Origin: Candidatus Woesearchaeota archaeon CG_4_10_14_0_2_um_filter_33_13
GTDB lineage: Archaea; Nanobdellota; Nanobdellia; Woesearchaeales; GW2011-AR9
DNA: 64,000 nucleotides
Reading direction: 5' to 3'
Assembly: GCA_002792115.1 (NCBI GenBank)
Contig: PFNQ01000013.1
Span: 7,236-71,235 of the forward strand
Shown: positions 1 to 10,358 of the stretch, piece after piece
Position numbering within the stretch: the first letter of the stretch is position 1
How the letters are laid out: each line of letters begins with the position of its first letter
The notes under the pieces: model-generated
The model's database searches: none
Told to the model about the DNA's origin: nothing
What the model saw: the letters and a program-made list of their open reading frames with translations, nothing else
Made by a program: the position numbers and the translations under genes

Positions 1-2
1 AA

Positions 3-110
3 ACAACTGTGGATCAAACAAATAGCGTAATTCAGAAACTAGTTAAAGAGGATGGGTTGTTTAAACTTACACACTCAACAAATGAGTTTGTTCTCTTCAA
101 AGTAATATGA
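3..110 (+). CDS. 3' end of an upstream gene (C-terminal 35 codons, function unknown)
   Basis: Frame 3 is open from the window edge (..TTVDQTNSVIQKLVKEDGLFKLTHSTNEFVLFKVI*). Its TGA overlaps the next ATG as ATGA at 107-110, suggesting translational coupling. Confidence 0.4.
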   Translation, partial: TTVDQTNSVIQKLVKEDGLFKLTHSTNEFVLFKVI

Positions 111-1195
111 AAATAGTTTTATTTGGCTTAAATGGACGAGGGGGAATGCTTCATTATACCTCTCAATATGCTAACGCTTTGTCAAAGAAAGTAGATGTTT
201 ATGTAATATTACCATCTTATTCAGATACAAGTTTATTTGATTCTTCAGTAAAGTTAATCAAGATAAATGCTCCTTTATCTGTTGTCAGAACACTGTTTTC
301 TTCTATCAATATAATTCAACATTTACAGTTAATTAGAACAATAAATGAACTCAATCCTTCAATAGTTCAATTTATGGATAATCATCCTTGGTACCTGCCT
401 TATGTTTATATGTTAAAAAGATATAAGATTTTTGTTACTCAACATGATCCTCAACTTCACTCTGGTGAAGCAAGGGGAATAAGATCATTTTTGATTAGCA
501 TAACTAACAAAGTTCTTAGAAATAAAGCAGATCGAGTAATTGTGCATGGTGAAGGATTAAAGAAAGTCTTATTAAAATATGGGGTTTCAGATAGAAAAAT
601 TTTGGTTGTTCCACACGGAGATTATTCTTTTTTCACTAAATATAGTCTCCCTAATATTAGAACAGAACCCTATACTATTTTACAATTTGGTAGGATTGTT
701 AAGTATAAAGGCGTAGATACTTTACTTAAAGCAATACCCTTGGTTAAGAAAAAGATTCCCCTGATTAAAGTTATTATCGCCGGAGAAGGAGATTTTTCCC
801 CTTATCGACAGTATTTAACAAAAGACATTAAAGAAAATGTTAAAATAATCAATCGTTATGTTCCTGATGAAGAAGTTGCTGAACTATTTCAAAAATGTTC
901 TTTTGTTGTTCTTCCTTATGATGATGCGACTCAGTCTGGGCCACTTCATGTTGCTTATTCGTTTAAGAAACCGGTAATTGTAACTGATGTTGGATGTTTG
1001 CCTGAGGTTGTTGATGATGGTAAGACTGGATTAATCATTAAGCCAAAAGACCCAGAAATTCTAGCAGAAGCTATAATCTCGATGTTTCATAAAGATTTAA
1101 AAGCCATGGGTGAGAATGGGTATATAAAAATGAAAGAATTAATGAATTGGGATAAAATCGCAGATATAATCCTTGTCAGCTTAAAACGCCTTTAA
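107..1195 (+). CDS. Glycosyltransferase, GT-B fold (GT4 / group 1)
   Basis: 362-aa ORF. The C-terminal half has GT4-type motifs (IIAGEGDFSPY; LPYDDATQSGPLHVAYSFKKPVIVTDVGCLPEVVDDGKTGLI). Confidence 0.8.
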   Translation: MKIVLFGLNGRGGMLHYTSQYANALSKKVDVYVILPSYSDTSLFDSSVKLIKINAPLSVVRTLFSSINIIQHLQLIRTINELNPSIVQFMDNHPWYLPYVYMLKRYKIFVTQHDPQLHSGEARGIRSFLISITNKVLRNKADRVIVHGEGLKKVLLKYGVSDRKILVVPHGDYSFFTKYSLPNIRTEPYTILQFGRIVKYKGVDTLLKAIPLVKKKIPLIKVIIAGEGDFSPYRQYLTKDIKENVKIINRYVPDEEVAELFQKCSFVVLPYDDATQSGPLHVAYSFKKPVIVTDVGCLPEVVDDGKTGLIIKPKDPEILAEAIISMFHKDLKAMGENGYIKMKELMNWDKIADIILVSLKRL

Positions 1196-1228
1196 GCAGA
1201 TATTGTTCAGAGGAGTTGAATTACAAAA

Positions 1229-2377
1229 ATGGTGAGAAAAGTGTTTATTCAAAATGTTTCAAGTCCTTATTTTGGAACCTTAGGGATGCGTAAAAAGGAG
1301 GATTGTGTAGCTTTGTCTGCGAATATTATGGCAGAGAATGGATATCAATCTATTATTGTCGCAATTGACGTTCTTAAACTTGGTAATCTTAAACACCCAA
1401 AAGAAAAAAACACTATTCCTGAAGTAAAAATTTATAATTTTAAGAGAGTCTTAAATTATTTTATGTTTGCAAGGAAATATAACTCCGCAACTTTTTTTGG
1501 AAATGCAAGGACTATAGTGGGTTTAACAACTTGTTTTTTTGGGGAGTACAGGATTTTTATGAGTCATACTTGTAATCTCCCTACTCATTGGTTGGAAAGA
1601 AAGATATTATCTTTTTTTTTAAAGCGATTTGATGCTATCAAAGTTGAAAGTTATGCTGAAAAGAGGTTGCTTGAGAAACTCGGAATTAACTCCCACCGAA
1701 TTTTTGTAATTCCCATTCCTATCGATTTTGATTATTTTTCTCAAAAACCGAATTCAAATTTGCTTAAGGAGTTAAAGAGTAAATATTTTATAGCTAAAGA
1801 TGAAGTGATACTGATTTTCCTTGCAGCATTGAGGGAGCAAAAACGTGCTGATACCGTGTTAAAGGCAATCAAAGTCTTGAAAGACAGGGGGATCAAAGTA
1901 AAATTATTACAAGTTGGACAAGATTTACTTAAAGAAAGATTAGGCAAAAGTTTTGTTGAATTAGCAACAGAGATTGGCGTAAAAGAAAACATAATCTGCG
2001 CCGGAAGAGTTAAAGATGAAGAATTAAGGGCTTTAATACATTTATCTCAAATTGGTATTCAAAGTTCAGAGGTTGAAGGACAATGTATTGTTGCATTTGA
2101 ATTTGCTGCAGCAGGGATTCCAGAGTGTCTTTCAAATATTCCTTCCTTCGAGGTGTTTGGAGGAAATGTTTTAAGACATAATCCCAGCGATTATCAGAAA
2201 CTTGCTTTTAATATTGAGTTTTACTTAAACAACCCAAATATTGCAAAAAAACATGTTAATGAAAACAAAAGATTAGTCCAAGAAAAGTATGATTATGAAA
2301 CAGTAAAGTTAGAAATGAAAAAATTGTTGATTAATAAGAAAGAATGTCTTAAACGGAAAAAAAGGTGGTTTAAATGA
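1229..2377 (+). CDS. Glycosyltransferase, group 1-like (GT-B)
   Basis: 382-aa ORF with a divergent GT4-like C-terminal region (SSEVEGQCIVAFEFAAAGIPECLSNIP). It lies in the glycan cluster and overlaps the next gene by 4 nt. Confidence 0.6.
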   Translation: MVRKVFIQNVSSPYFGTLGMRKKEDCVALSANIMAENGYQSIIVAIDVLKLGNLKHPKEKNTIPEVKIYNFKRVLNYFMFARKYNSATFFGNARTIVGLTTCFFGEYRIFMSHTCNLPTHWLERKILSFFLKRFDAIKVESYAEKRLLEKLGINSHRIFVIPIPIDFDYFSQKPNSNLLKELKSKYFIAKDEVILIFLAALREQKRADTVLKAIKVLKDRGIKVKLLQVGQDLLKERLGKSFVELATEIGVKENIICAGRVKDEELRALIHLSQIGIQSSEVEGQCIVAFEFAAAGIPECLSNIPSFEVFGGNVLRHNPSDYQKLAFNIEFYLNNPNIAKKHVNENKRLVQEKYDYETVKLEMKKLLINKKECLKRKKRWFK

Positions 2378-3141
2378 AATTTTCTGCTATGGTGCATCAA
2401 TTAAGAGTGTTGACTTATATTATCATAAAAATAAAAAATTGGCCTGAGTTTTTGTATGCCCATCTTAGAAAAAGTAAAAGATTAATGGTTGTAACCTTAA
2501 GGGGGGGATTAAAAGTTTTAGTTCGGCCTTATATGTCTGATGTTACTATGCTAATGGAAACGTGGGGTATGGAAGATTATACACCACCTGGCTTTAAGAT
2601 AAGATCGACTGACATTGTTTTTGATATTGGGGGACATATTGGTTCTTTTTCAATGTATGCTGCGATCAAGGCAACAAAAGGAAAGGTATATTCTTTTGAG
2701 CCATTACCTGAAAATTATCAGATTTTCAAAAGTAACATAGAACAAAACAAATTAAGTAATATTCATCTGGAACAAAAGGCTGTTTCTGATAAGGGGGGGG
2801 TTGGACAATTGTTTCTTTGCAAGGGAACTCATTCTGGAAGCAGCAGTTTGTTTTATCGTAATACAAAGGATACTGTTTCTATTAAAAGAATAACACTGAC
2901 AGATTTTTTTGAGAAATATAAAATTAGCAAGGTTGATTTTATGAAAATAGATTGTGAGGGGGCAGAGTATGATATTTTATTTAGCTTGCCTAAGAAACAA
3001 CTATCTAAAATCAAAAGAATATCTATGGAATATCATGATACTATAAATCATCACACTCATAGAGAATTAATCCATTTTTTTAAAAATAATGGGTTTAAGA
3101 CGAGGTTGAGTGGTGAAATGATTTATGCTATTCAAAAGTAA
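2374..3141 (+). CDS. FkbM-family SAM-dependent methyltransferase
   Basis: Motifs FDIGGHIGSFSMYAA and DFMKIDCEGAEYDIL are typical of the FkbM family. Confidence 0.8.
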   Translation: MKFSAMVHQLRVLTYIIIKIKNWPEFLYAHLRKSKRLMVVTLRGGLKVLVRPYMSDVTMLMETWGMEDYTPPGFKIRSTDIVFDIGGHIGSFSMYAAIKATKGKVYSFEPLPENYQIFKSNIEQNKLSNIHLEQKAVSDKGGVGQLFLCKGTHSGSSSLFYRNTKDTVSIKRITLTDFFEKYKISKVDFMKIDCEGAEYDILFSLPKKQLSKIKRISMEYHDTINHHTHRELIHFFKNNGFKTRLSGEMIYAIQK

Positions 3142-3246
3142 TAACCATCTAAATTAAAAGATTACACCCTTTCATTATTCCATAAACTGGTTAAATGTTT
3201 TTTTTAGAAAGATTATTCCACATTCTATGAATAAACAATCCTTTAA

Positions 3247-3855
3247 TTACAGTTGTTCTTTTTGTGGTTTATCCTCTTCAGTCATAACAGCAATAATTGC
3301 GTTTTTCACACAATGTGTGATAGCTAAGTGCAAATCCTCACAAATTTCCATGTTATTTATGTTTACATGAACCGATTTTGAAGCAATCTCTTTTATTTTC
3401 CCTCCTGAAAAACCACACAATGCGATAGTCAAAGCACCAACTTTATTGGCGTATATTAACGGTTTTACAATATTTGGAGAATTTCCACTACCAGAAATAC
3501 CAATGACCAAGTCATTTGGTTTTAAAAATACTTTCAAACTTTCAAGAAATATATCCTCGTAAGACAAGTCGTTTGCGATTGCCATCATCGCTGGAGAATT
3601 ATCATTAAGACAAATAGACTTGAATTTTCTATGCAATTGGCAAGACAATCCTTTTAAGATATCTCCACAAAAATGGGACGCATTCGCACCACTTCCTCCA
3701 TTACCAAAAATGTATATTGTGCCATCATTCTTATAAGTATTAATAATATCTTGCGCAAAAGAAACAATCTCTCCCTGATTTATTTTTCCTATCGCTTCTT
3801 GTAATTGAGTTAAATAGTTCTGTGTTTCTTCTTTAATTTTGTTCATGTTCATCAC
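3247..3855 (-). CDS. gmhA: Sedoheptulose-7-phosphate isomerase (SIS domain, GmhA)
   Basis: 202 aa with a SIS-domain motif (IYIFGNGGSGANASHFCGD; ISGSGNSPN). It is adjacent to the other heptose pathway genes. Confidence 0.85.
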   Translation of the reverse strand: MMNMNKIKEETQNYLTQLQEAIGKINQGEIVSFAQDIINTYKNDGTIYIFGNGGSGANASHFCGDILKGLSCQLHRKFKSICLNDNSPAMMAIANDLSYEDIFLESLKVFLKPNDLVIGISGSGNSPNIVKPLIYANKVGALTIALCGFSGGKIKEIASKSVHVNINNMEICEDLHLAITHCVKNAIIAVMTEEDKPQKEQL

Positions 3856-4828
3856 CCATGTAAATTATTCTAGATCCTTCATAATCAAATTTAAATTTCA
3901 TCTCCTTTAATTGGTGTAATGCCAATCTCAATTTTTCTCTATTTTCTTTTTCACAATAAAATAAAAGAAAACCCCCTCCCCCTGCACCTAAAAGTTTTCC
4001 TCCTACTGCTCCATTTTGTATCCCTTTTTCATACATTTCATTAATGAAAGGGGTTGTAATTTTTGATGCAAGCTTTTGTTTAAGTTGCCAATTTCGATGT
4101 AATATTTTTCCAAATTCTGTTAAATTGTTGTTACACAAAGCATCTTTTGCATCCCAAACCAACTCTACCATCTTTTTAAGAATCTCAACTTTTTCATCTT
4201 CTTTCATATTTTCATTCTGCTCTGACAAGATAGATGACGCTTCTCTTTGGTTTCCTAAATAAAACAAAATGAGATTATTTTGTAATCTCGTGTTGGTTTC
4301 TTCTGCAAGATTAATAGGTTCTACCTCTACTTTACCATTTGGATAGAATTTAATTATATTAAGTCCTCCAAATGAAGCAGCATATTGGTCTTGTTTGCCT
4401 ATTGGTTCTTTAAGAGTATCTATTTCTATCTCACATGCTTCTGATGCAAGTTGCTCTTTTGTAACATTTCTTCCAGAAAAAGTATGAAGATTATGTAACA
4501 TCCCAACAGTAAAAGACGATGATGAGCCCATTCCTGTACCAGAAGGGATATCAGCACCAGAACTGATTTCAATTGCTCCGTTCATATTAAATTTCTTTAA
4601 CACTTCTCTTGCTATTGGGTGCTGGATTTGATTTACAGAATCAACTGTTTCAGTTTTGGAGTATTTAATCCTAATTTTATTCTCATCAAAAAAACGATGA
4701 GAAGTGATATACATATATTTGTCAATACTTGTGCTGAGCACTGCACCTGGAGAATTCTGATAAAAACGTTTTAAATCTGAGCCCCCACCAACAAAACTAA
4801 TTCTGAACGGTGTTTTTGTGATTATCAT
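3833..4828 (-). CDS. hddA: GHMP kinase, D-glycero-alpha-D-manno-heptose-7-phosphate kinase-like (HddA)
   Basis: N-terminus MIITKTPFRISFVGGGSDL and GHMP motif PSGTGMGSSSS. It overlaps gmhA by 23 nt. Confidence 0.8.
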   Translation of the reverse strand: MIITKTPFRISFVGGGSDLKRFYQNSPGAVLSTSIDKYMYITSHRFFDENKIRIKYSKTETVDSVNQIQHPIAREVLKKFNMNGAIEISSGADIPSGTGMGSSSSFTVGMLHNLHTFSGRNVTKEQLASEACEIEIDTLKEPIGKQDQYAASFGGLNIIKFYPNGKVEVEPINLAEETNTRLQNNLILFYLGNQREASSILSEQNENMKEDEKVEILKKMVELVWDAKDALCNNNLTEFGKILHRNWQLKQKLASKITTPFINEMYEKGIQNGAVGGKLLGAGGGGFLLFYCEKENREKLRLALHQLKEMKFKFDYEGSRIIYMGDEHEQN

Positions 4829-4921
4829 GTTTATTTATTACCAAGATACTTCGTTAAATCACGCCAACATCCTTTATAAATTTTGTTAAGTGAAGTTCTC
4901 CTAAAGTAATCCAAAAGATAA

Positions 4922-6211
4922 TTAACTATTAGATATTTGGATTATAAAATTAACTGCCGCGTTTAAGTCTGGGAACAAATAATCTGGTTTTCCATTAATG
5001 CATCCCTCTCCAGTCTTAACACCAACTGTTTTAATCCCTGCGTTTTTCCCACAACTTATATCTCTAAGAGAGTCTCCTACAAAAAATGATTTTTTGAAAT
5101 CAATGTTAAAATATTCTTTTGCTTTAAGCAAAAGTCCAATATCTGGTTTTCGGCAGTTACATCTTACTTTATAAGTTATATTCTCTCCTTGATAACCTTT
5201 GTCTGGGTGGTGAGGGCAGTAATATATTGCATCGAACTTTGCTCCATTTTGTCCAAGCATGCTTTCCATCTTTTTGTGGATTTCTTCTAGTTCCTTAATT
5301 GAGCAAAGTCCTCTTGCAACAACCGGTTGGTTTGTAATTAAGATTGCAAGTAATTCAGTGTGGTTAATTTTTCTAATGGCTTCAGATACTCCAGGAATCA
5401 ACTCAAATTCATTTATATCATAAATGTGATCTTTTTTAACATTAATAGTTCCATCTCTATCTATAAATATCGCCCCTCTTTTATTTTGAGCATTTAACCT
5501 TTTTATCTTTCCATTTTCCAAATCTTTTTTAACTTCATCAAATCTTTCTTTTGTACCCATATCTTTTAAATATTCAGCAGTATTATACCCATACACCAGT
5601 AAACTTTGTGGTAGGCGGGGGAAAATATCTTTACCAAAATCTTCTTTTTTTCCTTTTTTAATATGTTTAAATATCTCTGTAGAAAATATATATATTCCGG
5701 CGTTAACTAGATTGTTATAATATGTTTTATTTTGATGTGGTTTAGGATGAAATGCAATAATTCTTCCTTCTTCATTAACTTCTAAAAGGTCACTATCATG
5801 GGGGTGGTCGTTTGGGTGAATAACTAGTGTGCATTTACTTGATTTCTGGTTATGAAACTGTATCAACTTATTTATGTTTATATCAAACATAATATCTCCA
5901 TATAATACTAAGAAGTCTTCAACTAATTTATTTTCAATTTCTTTCAATCCACCAGTTGTTCCAAGGGGAATTGTTTCTGTATAATATTCAATATTAACTC
6001 CAAATTCTTTTCCATCTTTGAAGTATTCTTCAATTACATTAGATAAATGCCCAGTAATTAGGATAATCTCCGAGATTCCATACCTTTTAAGGATGTTTAT
6101 TTGGTGTTCTAATATTGGTTTACTCCCTATTTGTATCATTGGTTTTGGAATTTCTTTTGATATATCTCCCATTCGAGTACCTTTCCCACCTGCAATTATT
6201 ACTGCTTTCAT
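4922..6211 (-). CDS. Fusion of heptose-1-phosphate nucleotidyl(guanylyl)transferase (HddC-like) and D,D-heptose-1,7-bisphosphate phosphatase (GmhB, HAD-IIIA)
   Basis: The N-terminal part has MKAVIIAGGKGTRM..PKPM (NTP-transferase). The C-terminal part has AIFIDRDGTIN (DxDxT) plus the GmhB-type Zn loop YYCPHHP..CNCRKP and FVGDSLRD. Confidence 0.8.
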   Translation of the reverse strand: MKAVIIAGGKGTRMGDISKEIPKPMIQIGSKPILEHQINILKRYGISEIILITGHLSNVIEEYFKDGKEFGVNIEYYTETIPLGTTGGLKEIENKLVEDFLVLYGDIMFDININKLIQFHNQKSSKCTLVIHPNDHPHDSDLLEVNEEGRIIAFHPKPHQNKTYYNNLVNAGIYIFSTEIFKHIKKGKKEDFGKDIFPRLPQSLLVYGYNTAEYLKDMGTKERFDEVKKDLENGKIKRLNAQNKRGAIFIDRDGTINVKKDHIYDINEFELIPGVSEAIRKINHTELLAILITNQPVVARGLCSIKELEEIHKKMESMLGQNGAKFDAIYYCPHHPDKGYQGENITYKVRCNCRKPDIGLLLKAKEYFNIDFKKSFFVGDSLRDISCGKNAGIKTVGVKTGEGCINGKPDYLFPDLNAAVNFIIQISNS

Positions 6212-6244
6212 CTTCTCATAGTAAGAATTCTATTAAATACAATT

Positions 6245-7210
6245 TTATTTTTTCACAACCCATTGGTTTTCTTTGATCCATTTGATTGTTTTTTCTACAC
6301 ATTCCATTATGGAATATTTTGGAGCCCACCCCAAAGATTTTATTTTTAAAGTATCAAGATGAACAAAGGGGCTGTCTCCAATCCATCCTCTACTCCCACC
6401 AGTATATTGAAAAGAGACGTCTTTGAGAGATAGTACATCACAAATTTTTTTTGCAATTGTCTTTATTTCTACAAAATCATCATTCCCCAGGTTGTAAATG
6501 TTTATTTTTTCGTTTGATTTTTCAATGGATAAAAACATTGCATCTATTGCGTCAGTTACATACAAAAATGATTTCCTTTGTTTTCCATCTCCAAGAATTT
6601 CTAACTGGCGGGGGTTTTGTAATAGTTTTTTATAAAAATCAAATGCACACCCATGGCTGTACCTTTCTCCCATAAGCGAAACAAATCTGTATATATACAC
6701 ATTAAATCCATATCCATTAGCATAGGCTTCTAAGAGGCCCTCGCATGCAAATTTTGAAGCTCCATAAATAGATGTTTGAATTGGAGATGAAACATTTTCT
6801 GGTGTTGGAAACACGCTTGGTTCTCCATAGATGGCTCCTGATGAAGCAAAAGCAATGTTCTTCACTCCCCATCGTCTCATTGCTTCCAGAACATTGTTTG
6901 TTGCAATGGTATTTTGATTTAAACATTTTATTGGGTCTTTTAGATTATCTTTTATGTCCGCATTTGCCGCCATATGAAATACAAAATCAATGTTTTCCAT
7001 TGCTTTGTGTAATGCTTCTTTATCTAGAATATCTCCTTGAATGAGTTCTACTTTTTCTTTTAAATGATTCACAAATTCTTTTTTCCCAGTAGTAAGGTTA
7101 TCATAAATAATGACATTATTGTTTAGAGAAATTAAGCGTTCAACAATATGACTACCAATGAAACCAGCCCCACCTGTAACTAATACTCTTTTATTATTCA
7201 ACAAGATCAT
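6245..7210 (-). CDS. NAD-dependent sugar-nucleotide epimerase/dehydratase (extended SDR)
   Basis: VLVTGGAGFIGSH Rossmann motif and YGASK (YxxxK) catalytic motif. 321 aa. Confidence 0.85.
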   Translation of the reverse strand: MILLNNKRVLVTGGAGFIGSHIVERLISLNNNVIIYDNLTTGKKEFVNHLKEKVELIQGDILDKEALHKAMENIDFVFHMAANADIKDNLKDPIKCLNQNTIATNNVLEAMRRWGVKNIAFASSGAIYGEPSVFPTPENVSSPIQTSIYGASKFACEGLLEAYANGYGFNVYIYRFVSLMGERYSHGCAFDFYKKLLQNPRQLEILGDGKQRKSFLYVTDAIDAMFLSIEKSNEKINIYNLGNDDFVEIKTIAKKICDVLSLKDVSFQYTGGSRGWIGDSPFVHLDTLKIKSLGWAPKYSIMECVEKTIKWIKENQWVVKK

Positions 7211-7398
7211 TTGCTACACTCCTCCCATTTTGCAAAAAACGTATTATGATTATGTTCTAATTATTAGTTATAAATTTTATGTAGTTAAAGATCAGACTAT
7301 CAACTCAGGGATATTAAATTGCCAGGGATTAAAGATAATTTCTGAGTAATGAACCAATAAGTGCCTAATAGTTCTCTGTATTTTTATTAATATTATTC

Positions 7399-8031
7399 TT
7401 AAATTTTCTCTAACTTCAAGATAGTTATTTCTCCCAATAGCCTACATCTTTTAATTGGCAAGTTAATATTAAGAATGGGTATGTGGGTTCTATTGTATAT
7501 TATGTTTATAATTTTAAACTTATCTTTAATCAACATCTTAATGGTGGCAGGGAATATTGGAGTGATATGGCCAGCACCAAGGTCTAAATAATCTTCTTTA
7601 TCAAAAAAATTTGCAAATTTCAGACTGAACAAGTACAATAATCGAGAGTACCAATTGGTAACATTTGGGGTTGTTAGTACAAGTTTTCCTCTTGGCTTTA
7701 AAACTCGATGAACTTCTCTAATGAACTGGTATGGGTTTTCTATGTGTTCAATTATTTCTATTGCAGTGACTAAATCAAAACTATTGTTCTCATATGGTAG
7801 AATGCCTTCATTTAGGTAAACTGAACAACAAGGTACATCTTTCAATTTAAATTTTTTACTAAATAATTCGCATGCTTTCCTTTCAAAATGCTCTTTATTT
7901 AAACTTGATAGAAATGCGCCAGATCCTGCAGCTATATCCAATATCTTCCCTCGCTCACCCTTTAATAATTCCCTAGCCGTTTCATGAACCCCTGGTGCTG
8001 CTCGAACCGGCAATTTAATTCTTTTTTCCAT
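7399..8031 (-). CDS. Class I SAM-dependent methyltransferase
   Basis: ILDIAAGSGAF motif I and LKPRGKLVLTTPN. 210 aa. Confidence 0.75.
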   Translation of the reverse strand: MEKRIKLPVRAAPGVHETARELLKGERGKILDIAAGSGAFLSSLNKEHFERKACELFSKKFKLKDVPCCSVYLNEGILPYENNSFDLVTAIEIIEHIENPYQFIREVHRVLKPRGKLVLTTPNVTNWYSRLLYLFSLKFANFFDKEDYLDLGAGHITPIFPATIKMLIKDKFKIINIIYNRTHIPILNINLPIKRCRLLGEITILKLEKI

Positions 8032-9061
8032 GTGTAATCCCCTTTTTTATTTGAGCATTCTTAATATTCAGTAGATGTTGTAAACAAACATTGTGTTCAC
8101 TATGTGTAGTGTGAACATATTGAGTACACTTTTTAATAAAACTTTCCCTAAATTTAACATTTTTAATTAACTTTAATGCCAGATTTGGAAGTTGAGAATT
8201 TTTTTTCTTAATTATTTCCCATTGGTCATTACAAACAACTGCAGTTCCACATGCCATCGCTTCTAATTCAACTAAACTTAAGACACCTTGCCAGAAGGAA
8301 CCTAGCACTAAGTCCGCAGAACGATACAACTTTGGAAGATCATTGCGTGGAAAGAAATTATGCCAGATGATATCGTCTTTATATGTTTCAAAGAAAGATT
8401 TATAACGGCCATATTGGCTAAACCTTTTTGGGTATTTAACCAAATGTAATTTAGCAGAAGGGCACTTTTCTTTTATTTTTGAAAATATCTTGAACCCGAA
8501 CTCTGGACTTTTGACTTTGTGCAAACGAGTTGGGAATAAGATAATTGGATTACCTTCTAATTGTATCTTTTCACCAGTTGGATTAAATATGTCCGTATTA
8601 ATTGGGTTTGGCAACCATTGCGCATCTTTTCTAATATATTTTAATGTTGGAAGAATACTAGGGATTGCAGCATAAACAATATCGTACTTTTTAACTGAAG
8701 AAATAATTTTATTCTCAACTATTCTATTTAATATTGTTCCAAAAAGATGACTAAAAAATTGACTATGTTTTAAAGAGTTCTTAGAATTAAGTCCAATTGA
8801 GAAACCATGCCAATGTGCAATCCCAACTTGCCTCTGGTTTGGTACCATATTAGTCATGTTTGACCACACATTACAATGTAAAATATCAAATCGAGACAAT
8901 TCGTCTTTTCTCATCTTTTTAAGATGAAGGTAATGGGTTATAAAGTCATAACGCCCACTCTTTGGTTGATAATAATAAAAATCCCATTCTTTCATATGTT
9001 TTTTAAAAGTGTCTAACAAAAAACCCGGACCAAATCCGTTCATAAAATATTTTCCCTTCAT
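8015..9061 (-). CDS. Glycosyltransferase, GT-B (group 1-like)
   Basis: C-terminal SLVELEAMACGTAVVC motif typical of GT4. Overlaps the downstream methyltransferase by 17 nt. Confidence 0.6.
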   Translation of the reverse strand: MKGKYFMNGFGPGFLLDTFKKHMKEWDFYYYQPKSGRYDFITHYLHLKKMRKDELSRFDILHCNVWSNMTNMVPNQRQVGIAHWHGFSIGLNSKNSLKHSQFFSHLFGTILNRIVENKIISSVKKYDIVYAAIPSILPTLKYIRKDAQWLPNPINTDIFNPTGEKIQLEGNPIILFPTRLHKVKSPEFGFKIFSKIKEKCPSAKLHLVKYPKRFSQYGRYKSFFETYKDDIIWHNFFPRNDLPKLYRSADLVLGSFWQGVLSLVELEAMACGTAVVCNDQWEIIKKKNSQLPNLALKLIKNVKFRESFIKKCTQYVHTTHSEHNVCLQHLLNIKNAQIKKGITHGKKN

Positions 9062-9197
9062 TTTTTAACTAATCTTGTAAACAGTTTATTTATTTTTCCA
9101 TATTCATTCTTCCTTTTAGGTATTCTTACTTATGAACTAGTAGTTTATACTCTAAACCACAGATAACCTTTTAAATCAGGAATAGTGGAGGAATTAA

Positions 9198-10358
9198 ATG
9201 ATTAGCATAGCTAAATATTTATCCGGGAAAGGTATAGACGTATCTAAGAAAAGCAGTCTTTCGGATGTTAAACATGTTTTCATCGTTCCCGATAATACCT
9301 ACAGAATAGTTGAAACAGAGTTAGATTTCATTTATAATGATGGTGTGATCAACCTTACTAAGTATTATCGCATATTATTAAAAGAATGGTTTTATGCGCT
9401 TAAAAAGGATGGAAAAATAATAATCAAGTTCATTGAATCAGATTGGTTTTCATCTGATTTTCTCAAAGAAGAAGTAGAACTCTTGTTTGGCGATAGCGTA
9501 TCGGTTATTTTTGAGAGAAAAGAGAATAAGAAAGATGGCGGGAGTTGTTTTTTGGTTCTTAATAAAAATATCTCTGGGCCGTATTATCCAGAAGGAATAA
9601 ATAATTGGTCTTTTGGAATAATTACCAATGGAAAGAAAATGGATGCCTTAGCTAAGATAATTGCATCTATTAGACACCAGAATATTCCTAATTATGAGAT
9701 TATTATTTGTGGAACTTATGGTGGTTTAATAGAAGAAGACACGAAATACATTCACTTTACAGAAAATGACCATCGGGGATGGATAACTAAAAAAAAAAAT
9801 TTGATTTGTGATAAAGCCAAATTTGAAAATTTGTTTGTTCTGCACGATAGGATTGTTCTTAATCCGGGATGGTTTGCAGGAATGAAAAAATACGGAAATA
9901 ACTTTGAAGTACTCTCTTGCAAAATAGATCATAAAACAATTAGGACTTATGATTGGATTACTTCTCGATACCCTTATAAAGATCCAAGAAGCCGACAATA
10001 TTTTGGTGGTTATTTAGAATATTCCGATTGGGACCAGTGGATTTACATTGATGGTGGGGCGATTATCCTAAAAAAAATAGTCTGGGAAAAAGTTAAATGG
10101 GATGAAAACCTATTTTGGAATGAAGCAGAAGATCTTAAGCTTAGTCATGATCAAACAGAGCACGGAATTTTAATTAGGTTCAATCCTTATTCAACGTGTG
10201 AATCATTAACCTGGAGACATCCATCAAGTAAACTTATTTTTAAAAAGAACAAAAAGAAACTTGGAAAACTAAGTGGTCCTTTTCATTATTTAATTGGAAA
10301 AAAGCTGCTTAATTATTCTGTCCTCGTGAAAAACAAGTTTAAAAATGAAAAATTATAA
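9198..10358 (+). CDS. Two-domain protein with a C-terminal GT-A-like (GT2-like) glycosyltransferase domain
   Basis: WSFGIITNGKKMDALAKIIASIRHQNIPNYEIIICG resembles the start of a GT-A domain. GGAGG lies upstream of the ATG. The N-terminal 130 aa are unassigned. Confidence 0.45.
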   Translation: MISIAKYLSGKGIDVSKKSSLSDVKHVFIVPDNTYRIVETELDFIYNDGVINLTKYYRILLKEWFYALKKDGKIIIKFIESDWFSSDFLKEEVELLFGDSVSVIFERKENKKDGGSCFLVLNKNISGPYYPEGINNWSFGIITNGKKMDALAKIIASIRHQNIPNYEIIICGTYGGLIEEDTKYIHFTENDHRGWITKKKNLICDKAKFENLFVLHDRIVLNPGWFAGMKKYGNNFEVLSCKIDHKTIRTYDWITSRYPYKDPRSRQYFGGYLEYSDWDQWIYIDGGAIILKKIVWEKVKWDENLFWNEAEDLKLSHDQTEHGILIRFNPYSTCESLTWRHPSSKLIFKKNKKKLGKLSGPFHYLIGKKLLNYSVLVKNKFKNEKL

